Shown one piece after another: positions 50,423 through 63,479 of a DNA stretch of 64,000 nt. This stretch comes from Octopus sinensis (lineage: Eukaryota): assembly GCF_006345805.1 (NCBI RefSeq), contig NC_043000.1, positions 87,730,001 through 87,794,000 of the forward strand. Reading direction: 5' to 3'. How positions within the stretch are numbered: position 1 is the stretch's first letter; each line of letters starts with the position of its first letter. The notes under the pieces are model-generated. The model ran no database searches, was not told the origin of the DNA, and saw nothing but the letters and a program-made list of their open reading frames with translations. The position numbers and the translations under genes are program-made.

Positions 50423-51153
50423 AGTTCCGCATAAAAAGAACTTGTGCTGGTACCACATAAAAAGCACCTGAGCTGGTGCCAGATATAAAGTACCTGAGCT
50501 GGTGTGCTGTAATAAGATTGGTGCTGATGCCATGTAAAAAGTACCCAGTACACACTGTAAAGTAGTTGGCATCATGAAGGGTATCCAACCATACAGACTC
50601 TACCAAAATAGACAATTGGAATCTGGTGTCGTTCTCTGGCTGGCCAGCTCCTGTCAAACTGTCCAATTCGTGCCAACATAGAAAATGGACATTAAATGAT
50701 GTTGATGATGATGATACACATATATTTTTACACAGACATACACACACACTCACTTATTGACATCTATTCCTTATTCTTATCATCTCTCCAACTCATATTT
50801 ACCATTAATTATCCCTGCACCCTTATTGACCATTTACTATATTCACTCCTATCCCCATCTCTAGCCACCTCTCATTCTTCTTGCATGTTCTTGTATAATC
50901 TACCCATCCACCCTTCCTAACTTTCTGCCCCATACACTCTCTTCTACTCACCTTCTTGTAGGCCACATTCTGGCACCTTGTCACCATCTTTGGAGCTCCA
51001 CCCCAGTTATTCCTACCTAACCTCATATAATGCAGGGTGGCCATGTAACCTGCTCCTGTTCCATTTAGCATACTAAATATCTAGCAAAAGAGCCAGCACC
51101 CTTTCTACTATAGCCCCACCAAAAAAAAAAAAATCGGAAACATGATTTTTTAC

Positions 51154-51224
51154 CTGCTTGGAAAACTATCATTCAAGGCACATTCTTCAAGAGCCTCAAG
51201 AGATTTCCATACTTCTTCCATATT
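51154..51224 (-). CDS. FOCAD: Focadhesin small exon (NMEEVWKSLEALEECALNDSFPS-R)
   Basis: ctatttag| acceptor, AG|gtaaaa donor, 71 nt, phase 0 to 2. Not in the ORF track; matches MKSLDALENCCFD and bridges the frames of the neighbouring exons. Confidence 0.9.
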
Positions 51225-52252
51225 CTAAATAGAAAATTAAATAAGTGGGGGGAAAAAAAGTGAGAAATAAATTCATAGGTCAAATTGTATGGATGAGAGG
51301 CAGAAGTTTTAGATACTTTTTCAACTTTATTATTTGAATTCAAAAGAAGAAAAAATTCTTCAATCTTTGCAAACTTAACCTTGTAAGTAAAGAAAAATAT
51401 CACAATGATATATGACCTTTTAAGAAACTGGTTTATTCTGTCTAGAGAGAAAAAAACCCAAACAACAAACAAAAAAAAAACATAAATATATCTGGTTTTA
51501 AAAAACAATAAAAGAGAATAACTAGAATGCAGAGAGAAATTGCAAAATGTCATTTCCTTCAATAGTTTGATTGTGAATGTAAGAAAGGTGTCAGAATATC
51601 AGCAAAAGATGAAATTGAAATATTTAAAGAAAAATGTATGAAAATGTACAAGCAACCAAAATCTCACACCACCACCATCGCCGTGGTAGTAGCAGTAGTA
51701 GTGCCACTGCTGCTGCTGCTGCTGCTACTGCTACTACTATTGCTGCTGCTGCTGCTAATAATAATAATAATAAAAAAAACACACCTACTCAAGATGCATT
51801 GTTGATGTAACAATTGCAGAACATAATATGAATAAATCAAAATCAAAAGAGAATGTAAAAAAAAAAAGGAATGAAACTAAAAGAGTAATATACAAAAAAA
51901 TATGTGTGTGTGTGTATGTGTGTATATATAAAGGAATGCAACAAGAACAAGAAGAAGCACATTAGTTGTGACAGTGGCAGATGAGAGAAAAGATGACAAC
52001 GATAACAACAACAACAATAATAATAATTATAATCTCAAACATTTTGGCAGGAGTGGGGGTGGGGGGCAATAGGCACCAGTACTTCATCTGTACTTTATTT
52101 TATTGAGTCCAGAACAATGAAAAGTAAAGACGACCTTGGTGGGACTTGAATCAAGAACATAAAGAACCAGAAGACATACTGCATTACATTTATGTGTGAT
52201 GTTCCAATAATTCCACAACTCCATTACCATAATAATAATAATAATAATAATA

Positions 52253-52463
52253 ACCCTTTCTACCACAGGCACAAGGCCTGAAATTTGGGGGGAGGGGGCA
52301 AGTCGATTAAATCGACTCCAGTGTGTAACTGGCATTTATTTTATTGATTCTGGAAGGATGAAAGGCAAAGTTGACCTCAGCGGAATTTGAACTCAGAATG
52401 AAAGGACGGACCAAATGTAGCTAAGCATTTTGCTTGGCAAGCTAACAATTCTGCCAGCTTGCT

Positions 52464-52504
<41 letters not shown>

Positions 52505-53475
52505 CATAATAATAATAATAATAAATGCCCTGATGCAGTACCAGGCTGTGGCTCTCGTGGCTTCTGATCTTAACTGATTAGAAGTGTTATCATGTATATT
52601 GATTTGTCTTGGTATAAAAGATAGACTACAGCAAATATTCTGCTCAATACCACAGATTTGCTTGTCAGTTGTTTGACCGTAACCAGTTGAGCATGTCCCT
52701 TAGTGGCTGACGATATGTGCATCCCTGATTGAATAATTCACCCCTGGAAACATGGGTGTTTCATTCAACATCCTTAAACAACCCTTATTCAGGGACCTTT
52801 TGAGTGGGATGGGTTACTCGGCCAGAAGAAAATTCTAACTGGGCCCCACCTGCAAGGTCATGTGCTGTTTATCTTGATATGAGATCACCATGTTGCGCAC
52901 ATATGGTTGTGATGCATGTGCCTAATCAGACAGGTAGTCATGATGGGTATACTGGGCTTTGTATATTTTAACCCAGTGTCACTTTGATGGCATGCACTGC
53001 TCTCTCACTTAATAATAATAAAAATAATGGTTTGAAATTTTTCCGCAAGAGCAGCAGTTTTGCGGGAGGAGATGAGTTGATTAAATTGATCTCAGCTGGT
53101 ATTTATTTTATTGATTCTGAAAGAATGAAAGGCAAAGTTAACCTTGGTGATACCTGATTGAACTCAGAATGTGGAGACGGACAAAATGCCACTAAGCATT
53201 CTGCCTGGCATGCTACCGATTTAACTGGCTCACCATCTTAATAATAATAATATTAATAATTCTTTCTACTGAAGGCATACGGTCTGAAATTTTGGGGGTA
53301 GGGGACTAGTCGATTACATTGACCTCAGTGTTTCACTGGTAGTTAATTTCTCAACCCTGAAAGGATGAAAGGCAAAGTCGAGCTCAGCAGAATTTGAAGG
53401 TAGAATATAGGGACAGATGAAATGCTGCTAAGCATATTGCCCAGCATGCTAATGATTCTGCCAGCTTGCTGCCTT
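52253..53475 (-). mobile_element. Three SINE family 2 copies separated by (TAA)n (52253-52470, 53015-53240, 53260-53475)
   Basis: Each shows the reverse-complement family 2 core and is bounded by TAA runs. Confidence 0.8.
52523..53009. mobile_element. Unclassified about 490-nt non-coding repeat embedded in (TAA)n, copy 1
   Basis: Colinear with 53555-53990 (ctcaataccacagatttg...ccttagtggctgac...aaattctaactggg...gggtata.tgggctt). Confidence 0.75.
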
Positions 53476-53477
53476 AA

Positions 53478-53549
<72 letters not shown>

Positions 53550-53554
53550 TAATA

Positions 53555-53990
53555 AACACCCTGATGCAATAATAATGGGCTACACTAATATTCTCCTCAA
53601 TACCACAGATTTGTTAGTCAGTTGCTTGACCATAACCAGTTGAGCTTGTCCTTTAGTGGCTGACAGTACGTTCATTCTGATCATGAGCAGAAGTAGGGGA
53701 GCATCATAGCCATGTGTTGAGAGGGATTCTTTTCGATTTGGAAAATTCACCTCTAGAAACATGGGTATTTTGTTCATCATCCTTAAACAACTCATCTCCA
53801 GGGAACTTTTGAGTGGCATTGGCTATTTGACCTGAAGAAAATTCTAACTGGGCTCCACCTGAAAGGTCATGTGCTGTCCATTTATCTTGACATGAGATCA
53901 CCAAATCACACACACATATGGTTGTAATGCATATGCCTGGTGTACCCTTATCAGATGGGTAGTCATGGTGGGTATATTGGGCTTTGTAAA
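53555..53990. mobile_element. Unclassified TAA-embedded repeat, copy 2 (deleted and truncated)
   Basis: Homologous to 52523-53009. Confidence 0.7.
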
Positions 53991-54102
53991 TGTTTCAGTG
54001 CTTTAGTTTTTCATACTTCCATGGGTCAGTTGAGAGTATGTTGAAGCAGAGTTTGCTTCCTATTTTATGACTGGATGCCCTTTCTGATGCAGCACCCACC
54101 TA

Positions 54103-54305
54103 CGAAGGGGTACTGAAGAATTTCTGGCTTTGGGTAGGATCAGTTAATCATAATTTTATTCACCATATTCCTCTCTCACATTCACACATTTATTGCAGTG
54201 GTCCTTCAGTTTTTCTAAGCCCTGTAAAAGAACTTGGAAGGTTGGGCCTCCAACTGGGCTTTTTCGTGATATCCTTAAAGCCAGGAACTTTGCAGCACCC
54301 CTTCG
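54103..54305. mobile_element. mariner-type MITE
   Basis: TA|cgaaggggtactgaa...gcagcacccttcg|TA. Confidence 0.85.
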
Positions 54306-54522
54306 TATTTCCAAGTAAGGAAATAATCTCCCAGGCCACTGAACAGCAAACAGCCTAGACATGTTCATGTAGAAACTTGAAAAAATGACAATGAAATGAG
54401 TATTTTCATTTAAAATGATCACTCAACATGCCATGACAAGTCGAGAAACCCCAGCATACTTCTGCAGTGGACTGTAAGCAAAAATGCAATCTCTCTCTCT
54501 TTTTATCTCACACACATATTTA

Positions 54523-54739
54523 CAAGGGGGAGCTGAAAAGTTTCTGGCTTTCAGGGTATCATGAAAGGGCTGGTTGGAGGCTCAAACTTTCAAGTTCTTT
54601 TACAGGTCTTAGAAAAACTGAAGGATCATTGCAATAAGTGTGTGCATCTGAGAGGGGAATAAGCTGAAATGAATCACAATTACCTAATCCACCTGCATTT
54701 TCTTTTAACTAAAGTCAGAAACTTTTTGGCACACCTTCA
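54523..54739. mobile_element. mariner-type MITE, inverted relative to 54103-54305
   Basis: TA|caagggggagctgaaaag...ggcacaccttca|TA. Confidence 0.82.
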
Positions 54740-56195
54740 TATACATGACAGGCCACTTTCTTCCAGTTTCCATCTTCCAAATTCAATCACAAGACTGATC
54801 ACCTTGGAGTTATAGTGGAAAGGATTTTCCCATGGTGCCACACAGTGGGACTGAATCTGAAATCATGTGGTTAGGAAGCAAATTTCTAAACCACATAGCC
54901 ATGCCAGCAATTTCATCTCTAACATGATCTCGAAATTGACTGAACAAATATAGACAGTGAAGTGAAAGAAAGAGAAAAATTAATTTCTGTGCATGTATGC
55001 ATGTGTGTATATGGATTGGCAAGAGTGTGTTAGTGCATGTGTGGGAATTTGTGTGTGTGTGTGTGTGCATGTGTGGGCATTTGTGTGTGTGAGATGTTTG
55101 CATGAGTGGGGGAGTGATGGTGCTTACACATGGGCATGAGTGAGTGTGCATGTGTAAAGAGAATATATAAATCATTTCCTCCTGTCACAACAATGTTTCC
55201 TGTTTGTAATCCTGCACATAGGAAGAAACACTAACTTTAACAAGATGCTTTATGAGACTGTTAGCCAGTAGGCATTCAACATGCTGCTAATGGAGACCTT
55301 AGACCCCCCTCCTCTTCCTCCCCCCTCTTCCTCCTCCTCTTCATCATCATCATCATTTTTCTCTTTCATTGTTTTGCATTTTTGTCATTCATCCCATCTA
55401 AATTGAAATGATTTTAACAATATGGGTAACTTGCATACAGTTGGAGAAAGTGTTTCCAAAAGCAGGTGCTTTTCCTACTATTATCCAGTCAACCAAGAAG
55501 TAGAAGAGAGATATGTTTGTAAGATAACATATACAGACCAGGAATTGTTAAATGTATCTTTATTTAGGACACAACACAACAGGCTGCTGACAAAGTTTGG
55601 CCTTTGAATGAAAGGTATAAGCCATCTAACAGGCTTCAATACAGTTTCTTTTTAATTGATTTCACATATAAGAGTTGGGCCACACTGAGTCTAAAAGCTG
55701 AAATGAATTCAGAGTTTTGAGGCCAACAAGTAAGCTTCCTAACCACTTAGCCATGCTTTCAATGAAGAAGCTTCTTTGTGGTAATTTGACTTGTCAGAAA
55801 GAGCAGCCAAATTTCATTCTAATAACACAGCAATGTCTTTAAAGAGAAGGAAAGACATATCGGTTAATACAATTTTAAATATACTGTCTGATAAAGGATA
55901 GTATGACATGAATAGTATGTCTTTGATTAGAAGTCTGCTTGATCAAAACAGCTAAAAACCAGTTACAAATCTGTAAAATTAAAATTTGAATCCATAACAA
56001 TCTAAATATGATTGCAGCTTATTTAAACCCATTAATAGTCTATCTCTGGAAAATAGAGCACAAGCAATTATGATGTAACATTGAAAATGAATGGCATAAA
56101 AAGAAATGGTAACTTAACTAATCAGTTATTAAAGTCAATAAGGAAAAAAGAAAAGAAAAAAGAACATGAAAGACAAAGGAAGTCAACAAACTTAC

Positions 56196-56456
56196 TTTGG
56201 GTCCACAGACTTCAACAAAATGCTCTTCAAAAAGCCTAGATATCAAAATGCCAAGAGCTAATCCATTGTGGAATATAAGGACTGGAGATTCTGGTTGGTT
56301 GCTTTTTCCAGGTAGTGATAACGTCATCATAGACAGGACTTCAAACAATCTGCCACATGTCTCTGGAGAGAGTTGGCTGCTCACTAATCTTGGAAGTGCC
56401 AGACAGGCAGAAGCCTGGCATAGCATACTTGCTGGAGCCCGGTCAGTTTGACTGCG
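56196..56456 (-). CDS. FOCAD: Focadhesin exon (RSQTDRAPASMLCQASACLAL...FHNGLALGILISRLFEEHFVEVCGPK)
   Basis: ttcag| acceptor, |gtaagt donor, 261 nt, phase 0-0. Matches FOCAD LPGKPSADESQAVQIHMGLALGMFLSRLCEE. Confidence 0.93.
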
Positions 56457-57639
56457 CTGAAAACCAATCAAACAAAGGAACTATGTTTAAATTACAGCGA
56501 TGACATTTTTTTTGGTAAAAATTTTATTTTGATGCAAAAATATGTTCGAAGATTTTCCAAAAATGAATTAACAATAATCTAAGTTGGTAATTTTCCCATA
56601 TCTAAAAGTAATTATCTCACTGATCAAATCACTTTATATATATATCATGAAGCATTCAAACAACAATAACAACAGCAATGATAATGAGGATTTAGGCCCA
56701 AGAGCAACAATTCTGAGGTGAAGGGGCTAACCATTTCTATCAGCCTTAGTGCTTTTATCAACACCTAAAGAGGTGAAAAACAAAGCTGGAATTAGTCTCA
56801 AATTCAAAAGAATTGGGCAAAATACCGCAAAGCATTTTGCTGATGGTCTAACAATTTTACTATCGTATTGCCTTTCATTGTTTCTGATTCAGAGACAAGG
56901 CAAGCAATTTCGAAATGACCCTCTGATGATGCCACCATTTTACAGGCACTTTATTTTATCAACTGCACAAGGATGAGAAGCAAAGGTTGATTGGTGAGGT
57001 TTGAACAAGTAATGCAAAATTTTTTTCAATGCTCTAACAATTCTAGCAGCTTATAAACTTTCATTAGTTCTTATTTCAAGAGAAGGCCAACAATTGTTAG
57101 TGGAAGAATATAATAGATATCATAGACACCAGTACTTCATTTTATCAACTTTGAAAAGATGAAAACTAAAGTTGACCTCACCAAGATTTGAACTCAGAAT
57201 ATAAATAACCAGAAAAATACAAAATATTTTTTCTGATACTCTAACAATGCTGAAGTAATTTTTTTATATTTATTTGTGTACATTTTTCATGCTAGCATAA
57301 CTTCAACATGGATCTTTCTAAACCCATACTTCAATGTATTATGAGAGTTTCTTTTCTTTCCCACAATACTCAGTTGTGAAATGGGACACCCATACTCATC
57401 ATCTGGTTAGCTGACTTGCATAGACCAACATAACTCTTTCACTCAGATGTTCCAATTGAGTCATACTGCATGAATATCCGGCTTGTGTTTTAGTCACAGT
57501 GGTCTTTCACAAGCTGAAATACAATCAGCTGCACATGCCACAACTACAGGTGATTACAGTAGTTTGCTAATTGAACTAGATGATCCTGGTCATTGACACT
57601 TTAATGTCTGTGTATCCACTCAGCATTTAGTAACTATCT

Positions 57640-58120
57640 ATCTATCCGCTGAGTCGAAGTCGACTCTCGGTTACTCGATGGATCAGTGTCCTCTAGCCAG
57701 TTCTATCCTGGGTCGCTTCTTTCAGATTGGTTATGTCCACTCCTGTGTCACTCTTGATGGTGTCAAGCCAGCGGGTTCTTGGTCGGCCTCTTCCTCTCTT
57801 ACCACTGACCATTCCGAGCATGATGTCCTTCTCCAGGGATTTTCTCTACATAATATGACCAAAATATGTCAATCTATGCTTGGTGATCCTAGCTTCTAGT
57901 GACAGTTTCAGCTTGATCTGGTTAAGAACTTCTCCATTGGTGAGCCTCGCTGTCCATGGGATCCGTAAAAGTCTTCTCCAACACCAAAGCTCGAATGCAT
58001 TAATTCTCTTCTGGTCAGCTTTCTTTAGTGTCCAGGTCTCACATCCATATGTTGCTATTGGGAAGACAATTGCATTCACCAATTTGCATTTAGTAACACC
58101 CACCATTAATTCAATTATAT
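57640..58120 (-). mobile_element. BovB-like RTE 3' fragment
   Basis: TKCKLVNAIVFPIATYGCETWTLKKADQKRINAFELWCWRRLLRIPWTARLTN...YFGHIM*RKSLEKDIMLGMVSGKRGRGRPRTRWLD. Confidence 0.88.
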
Positions 58121-58699
58121 TCATTTGCTGAAATAGTTTACATCCACCATGTTGCATTCCATGATTTCAACATACTCTGGGACCCTGAAAGGTGCTACTC
58201 TCAGTCAGAGTAGAGCTGAGAACAACAGTTACTAAGAGGTTGTTCCACACTCCTCAAAACCCTGCAACATCCAAACCACTGGTGAATGCAGTTTAAAGTC
58301 ATACCCAGGTGACTCATACTTCTCTGGGATATATTAAGGCAAGTAAAGCCATTTGTTGTTGTACTTTATCAAGTGACAGCTGTGCTTCAGTTAAAACAAG
58401 CAGAACAAATGCACTTTCTAATCCCTTACATGATCTTCTTTAGTTCAGTGAATTCTCCTTGTACATCTGTCATGATAAGGTAGATGTATGATGAAAAGCA
58501 TTTCAACCATGACTATCCTATTTTAAAAAACATTTGTTTCATTTTCAGGCAGTATATTGAGGATTACTCTATCCAATGTGTCCTATTTTGAAGATGGTAG
58601 AGTGCAACTTGAGTGAGATTTAACTTCTATTTCTAGCAGGTGGAGCAGCCACGTAGAGTTTGTTTGGCATATAAAGTAATGTGTGCTATTTATAAAGCT

Positions 58700-59340
58700 G
58701 GTTGAATTCTGAGATCATCCAGAAGTAAAAAGGAAATCTTGATGATCCTATGGAGAACATTTACTCTCAGTTGCCTGGATTAATGCTCCCAGTTATGGTC
58801 ACCACATAATGTTCAAACTAACAGCAGAGCTTGAATCAATCCAACACCACAACATTAAGAAGATTGCCTTGGTACATTAGATAAGCTACAAGGAGAGGCT
58901 ATAAGTACTGAAGTTCTTCTTCCTAGATAGATGTGAAAGATGGTCAGTGATAGGGGAAATTCTAGAAGGTCTAGCATGTAACTTTGAGACTGAAAGCTAC
59001 ACTAACCTCCAAAATGGACACCACTGCATAATACCAAAGACCAATCCTCTTCACCTAGAGTAAGCACCTAATACTGTAAAAGCTTAAGGTTTATGGGTCT
59101 ACAGCTTTTTAAATGCTTCTTACCCCCAAAACTTCAGAAATCTACAAGGTGTAGATGTGGATGCATTCACAGAGCAGATACCAGATGAAGAAACATAAAG
59201 GGCAGTTTTGTCCAGCTCAGTACTTCACCAGAACCAAATCCAGAGATAGAGTCACGGAAGTGAGTTGAAATAACTAGCAGTCATACTAATGGTAGTGCCC
59301 TACAATGGTTACAGCCTCTAGCAGAAACCAGTAAAAGCAG
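58700..59340 (+). mobile_element. Degenerate CR1/L2-type LINE 3' fragment
   Basis: Remnants of LD..SQLWSP...AELESIQ...SYKERL..LK with many disruptions. Confidence 0.55.
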
Positions 59341-60134
59341 AGCAAAATTAATTCTAGTTTTCCAAAACCTTAAATATTTAATTATTAGCGAATGTATTGA
59401 AGCAAAGACATTTTCCCATAATCTGCAGAATTTCCTTAGAAATAATTCTCTGATGTGGTTTATTTTCCCTTTATTTTTTTCAAGTGGATGTAAATGCTCT
59501 CAAGAGATCTGGTAGCTATTTCCAATCAATTAAAGGAATTGTCATATGCAAATATTTCTCAGCTGTAACAGATATGAAGCCCTCATATTAATTAGCAATC
59601 AAAATACTTTATATCATTTCACTTAATGTCATTTCTATCAAAACTTTCAAGTATGCCTCTTGTGTGACAAATCAAGGGCAATTAATCGAGATAGCAATCA
59701 GAATTAATGAAAGACACCTCATAGGAAGTTAGCAATGTGTTGTGTGCATTCTACTTTTTTTTACAGCAATTCTGAAACATGCAACAAATATATGAATAAC
59801 TAATGTACTGTTGTCACTTGATAAAATTTCGGTTGATAGAGACATTGTGAATGAACTATGTAACCATCACAACCAAAAAGGAAGCTTTGTTTAACTGAAA
59901 AGTGAAACTGCATTGAAAAATTAAGCTTTCTAGTAGGTCACCATTATTTTGCAATAGAAGTACAATTTTGATATCAACCCACCTGAGATTACCTCTGGTT
60001 CTATGATACTTTTAGCATGCAGATTAGTCAGTCAACTGTAATGCTTACTCATTAACATTGTTTTCAATAATGCATTATCTCATAGCTTTGAAATTTTGAT
60101 TATGTGATGATTTCTTCTTAAATTGACATTATAG

Positions 60135-60580
60135 GATATTAATGAGTCTGGCTGGTTTGAACATAAAACAAATAGAATATTTTGGCCAGTAGGTTTAAAT
60201 GCTAAAGTGTTAAAGTGACCTAAATTAAAATCTTGTATTAAAATTTCTTGTAAATTTTCTTTCCAAACACCTGCTTAGTAACAACAAGGTTATTTTGATA
60301 AATATGTCAGGTGAAATAAAATCAGGTTATTTCAACAGAAATATGGTAACAAAAGGGTTCTATGTCTGGCTGGTTTGAACATAAAACAAATAGAATATTT
60401 TGGCCAGATATTAGTGGGTTTAAATGCTAAAGTGTTATAGTGACCTGAATTAAAATTAAAATTTCTTGTAAATTTATGTTCTAAACATTAGCTACATAAC
60501 AATGAAGTTATTTTGTTATATTCGTCAGATGAAACAAAAGCAGGTTATTTCAACAGAAATATGGTAACAACAGGGTTAAA
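60135..60580. repeat. Tandem duplication of an about 220-nt MITE-derived unit
   Basis: gtctggctggtttgaacataaaacaaatagaatattttggccag...gaaatatggtaacaa.aggg occurs at about 60145 and 60364. Confidence 0.85.
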
Positions 60581-60633
60581 GGTTATTGTCAAACAGAAAT
60601 GAGTATAAATAAAAATGTAATTAAGAGTTATAC

Positions 60634-60862
60634 CTGCTGGCAAAGTCCTAGTAAATTATTTCCACTGGTTTTATATTTGACATTCCATAAAGAGAGTAAG
60701 GTGTCAGTGACTAGCATGAACCATTGCTTGTGTTTCATGTGAGCAGAACCAGATTCCTCTTCTCCAAGTGATGATGAATCTTGCCCAGATCTGAACTTGT
60801 TTACTGCACAAACCACACCAGAGAGTGCCATCACACAATTTGCTTGCATAGTAGGATTGCCT
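60634..60862 (-). CDS. FOCAD: Focadhesin internal exon (GNPTMQANCVMALSGVV...GNNLLGLCQQ)
   Basis: ttag| acceptor after a pyrimidine tract and CAG|gta donor; 229 nt, phase 2 to 0. Peptide resembles the vertebrate FOCAD segment ESPVVKGNALLALSSLAVVV...WVSMVLDTLL (from recalled sequence, no search run). Confidence 0.88.
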
Positions 60863-60953
60863 CTAAGGAAAAAAAAAATGTTAACTTCTTTTTGCGAAAA
60901 ATAAAACAAAGTCCCCATTTTAAAATTGGTTTCAGACATTATCATTATGCATC

Positions 60954-61996
60954 TGAGGGTGGGCTGAAAAGTTCATAGGCTGGCTATGGAGAAGTGATGC
61001 TAGAGCTGTGAACTCCTGCATGCATTAATTTCAACTCTTATTATTATTAGCTACATTGTTTCTTTCTAGGTAAACTGACATCTGATTGTTCAAAGAAGAC
61101 TTTGAAAGTAACTAGTAGTGACTTCTCTTGAAAATCAACAAAATCTGGAATTGTGGTATTATCAAGTACCTACAGAAAAAAAGGGGTTTAGCTCCCAATG
61201 ACATTCATGTTGACATAGTGGCTACATTAGGTGATGATGTTCCAGCTTTATCAGCAGTGCAAACATGGGTAGCTGAATTTAGGAGATGAAGAGAGTCTTG
61301 AAGATGGTCCATGGTTTGGACATCCAGCAACTGTTGCCTCCGAAGAAAACATTGATCATGTTCACTACATGGTGATGGATGACAGGTGATTGACTATAAA
61401 TGAAATAGCCAATGTTAGCATATCCTGCGAGAGAGTTGAGAATATTCTGCACAATGATGAAGGTTTCTGCTCACTGGGTGCCACTTCTGATATCTGATCA
61501 AAAGCACACCAGGCTGATCACATCATAGGAAAATCTGACATTGTTTGAGAGAGATCCAGCCTTGATCTTTTCTTGATCTTTCACTAACCCACAGAGACAA
61601 AGAAATATTCCATGCAGTAGAAACACCCCTCCTCACCTGCTCCAAGCACACAAGTCCTTGCTTTCAATGGCTGCAGTGTGTGACTGTGGCTTTGAACTGG
61701 TTGATCAGCCTCCCTATTCTCCTGATTAGGCCTCATCTGACTACCATCTGTTCCCCAACATGAATAAACATTTGGCTGGGAATAAGTATCACAGTGGCGA
61801 TGACATCATATCTGTTGCTGATGACTTTTTGACCAACAGGATGAAAGTTTCTTCACCAATGGGATGCAAGCACTGCAATACTGATGGCAGAAATATGTGG
61901 ACTGTAAGCGGGGGACTATATTGAAAAGTAAACCTAATTTGATCATATTCCATGAGAGCACCTTGGTCAGCCTATGAACTTTTCAGCTGACCCTTG
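60954..61996 (+). mobile_element. Internally deleted mariner transposon
   Basis: TIRs gagggtgggctgaaaagttcataggctg / cagcctatgaacttttcagctgaccctt; VIKYLQKKG...SAVQTWVAEFRR.RESLEDG (HTH) and QPPYSPDLASSDYHLF motif. Confidence 0.9.
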
Positions 61997-62304
61997 TAAT
62001 GTCTGAATGTTTTCATTTTTACATTAGCTTGCACGTAACCTTTAGAAAATTCTGTCATCTCCTACCTCATTTATTCACAGCTGTTAGTTCATATGCCATT
62101 CCTTGTGTCATATACAAGTTCTAAATTTCTCCTCTTAATACAAGTAAACACTAACTGCTTTATATTTAGATATTTATATACCACGACTGGAGAAAGTTTA
62201 AAAAGATTACAAACAGAATCTCTTTTCAGATTACAGAATGGAAAATAGTAATACACAAATTTCTCAGCGGTAGGGATGTAGTTCCAGTGAAGAATATTGG
62301 CAAA

Positions 62305-62510
62305 AAGTTACTATTATAGTAGTGATATAATACATTTATGCATAAGTAGTGCACATTTGTTGCACTTCAACAATCACTATTATAGAATAAAATATATTTG
62401 TGTATAAGTGGTGTTCATTTGTTGCATTGCAGCAAAGTCACTATTAAAAAAGTAATAAAATATATTTGTGCATAAGTGGTGCACATTGGTTGTACTTGAA
62501 TACTATTAAT
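62305..62510. repeat. Minisatellite, about 62-nt unit x3
   Basis: atatatttgtgcataagtggtgcacatt.gttg..ctt...a.tcactatta recurs. Confidence 0.8.
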
Positions 62511-62756
62511 TTCTAAGCCAGATATAAACCTAGACATTATGAGAAAGAATAATAATAGTTGATCATATTGACCCCAGTAGTTAACTGGTGCTTAATGTAT
62601 TGATCCCAAGAGGAAAGATATGAACTAAGATTGTAATGAGCAGCTAAAATGCATTGTGGCTACCATTCTATCCATTTTGCCAATCTAATAATATTGAACT
62701 AACAAATGATGAAATAAATTTCTGGGACAATTGATTGATTGATTGACAGCACACAT

Positions 62757-62790
<34 letters not shown>

Positions 62791-63122
62791 TGTGCAACAA
62801 TGAAAAGGAGTGGTTTAACAGTTGAATTTGATAAGCAAATTCAATCAGACTGGCATCAGAATTTTTGGTAACTTAGGAGTAGTCGTACTACTATGGCTAA
62901 GTTATAACATATAAGAGACATCATAAAATTTACAATGCAAAATTGGAGGAATGGAATTGGAATGAAAGTAAGTAGGCTGAGGTTGTCTAATCTAAGAAAA
63001 TCAACAGAAGTTGAGTATAAAGAGTGGTGTTTGGAAGGAATTACAATGCTTGACAAAATGTATGGTACTTGGTAGAAATAAATGGTAGTTGGGAGAAAAT
63101 GAGGTATTTGGAAGAAAATAAA

Positions 63123-63340
63123 TGAAAGGGTGCTGAAAAGTTCCTGGCTTTGGATAAAAGAAAATACAGGAGGACCAGTTAATTATGATTTTATTCAACA
63201 TATTCCCCTCTCAGATTCACACACTCATTGGAGTGGTCCTTCAGTTTTGCTGAGCTTTGTAAAAGAACTCAGAAGTTTGGGCTTCCAGCAAGACCTTTTG
63301 CAATACCCTTAAAGTCAGAAACCTTTCCGCACCCCCATAG
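63123..63340. mobile_element. mariner-type MITE
   Basis: gggtgctgaaaagttcctggcttt...aaagtcagaaacctttccgcaccccc; same family as 54103-54305. Confidence 0.8.
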
Positions 63341-63479
63341 TATTTGTAAGAAGAGTTGTACTTCTGAAGAAAAAAAAGAAAAGAAAACAGTACTTTAGAG
63401 AAATGTGTGGAAATGTGTGGAATCTGGGAGAAAGAATTTAACTACTGAGATAAAAGTAAATAACAGAGTGATGAAATTG

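Noticed and set aside
52880-53009. Possible HDV-like ribozyme at the end of element X
   Set aside because: I could not assign P1/P3/L3/P2 pairings by eye; it needs a descriptor-based search.
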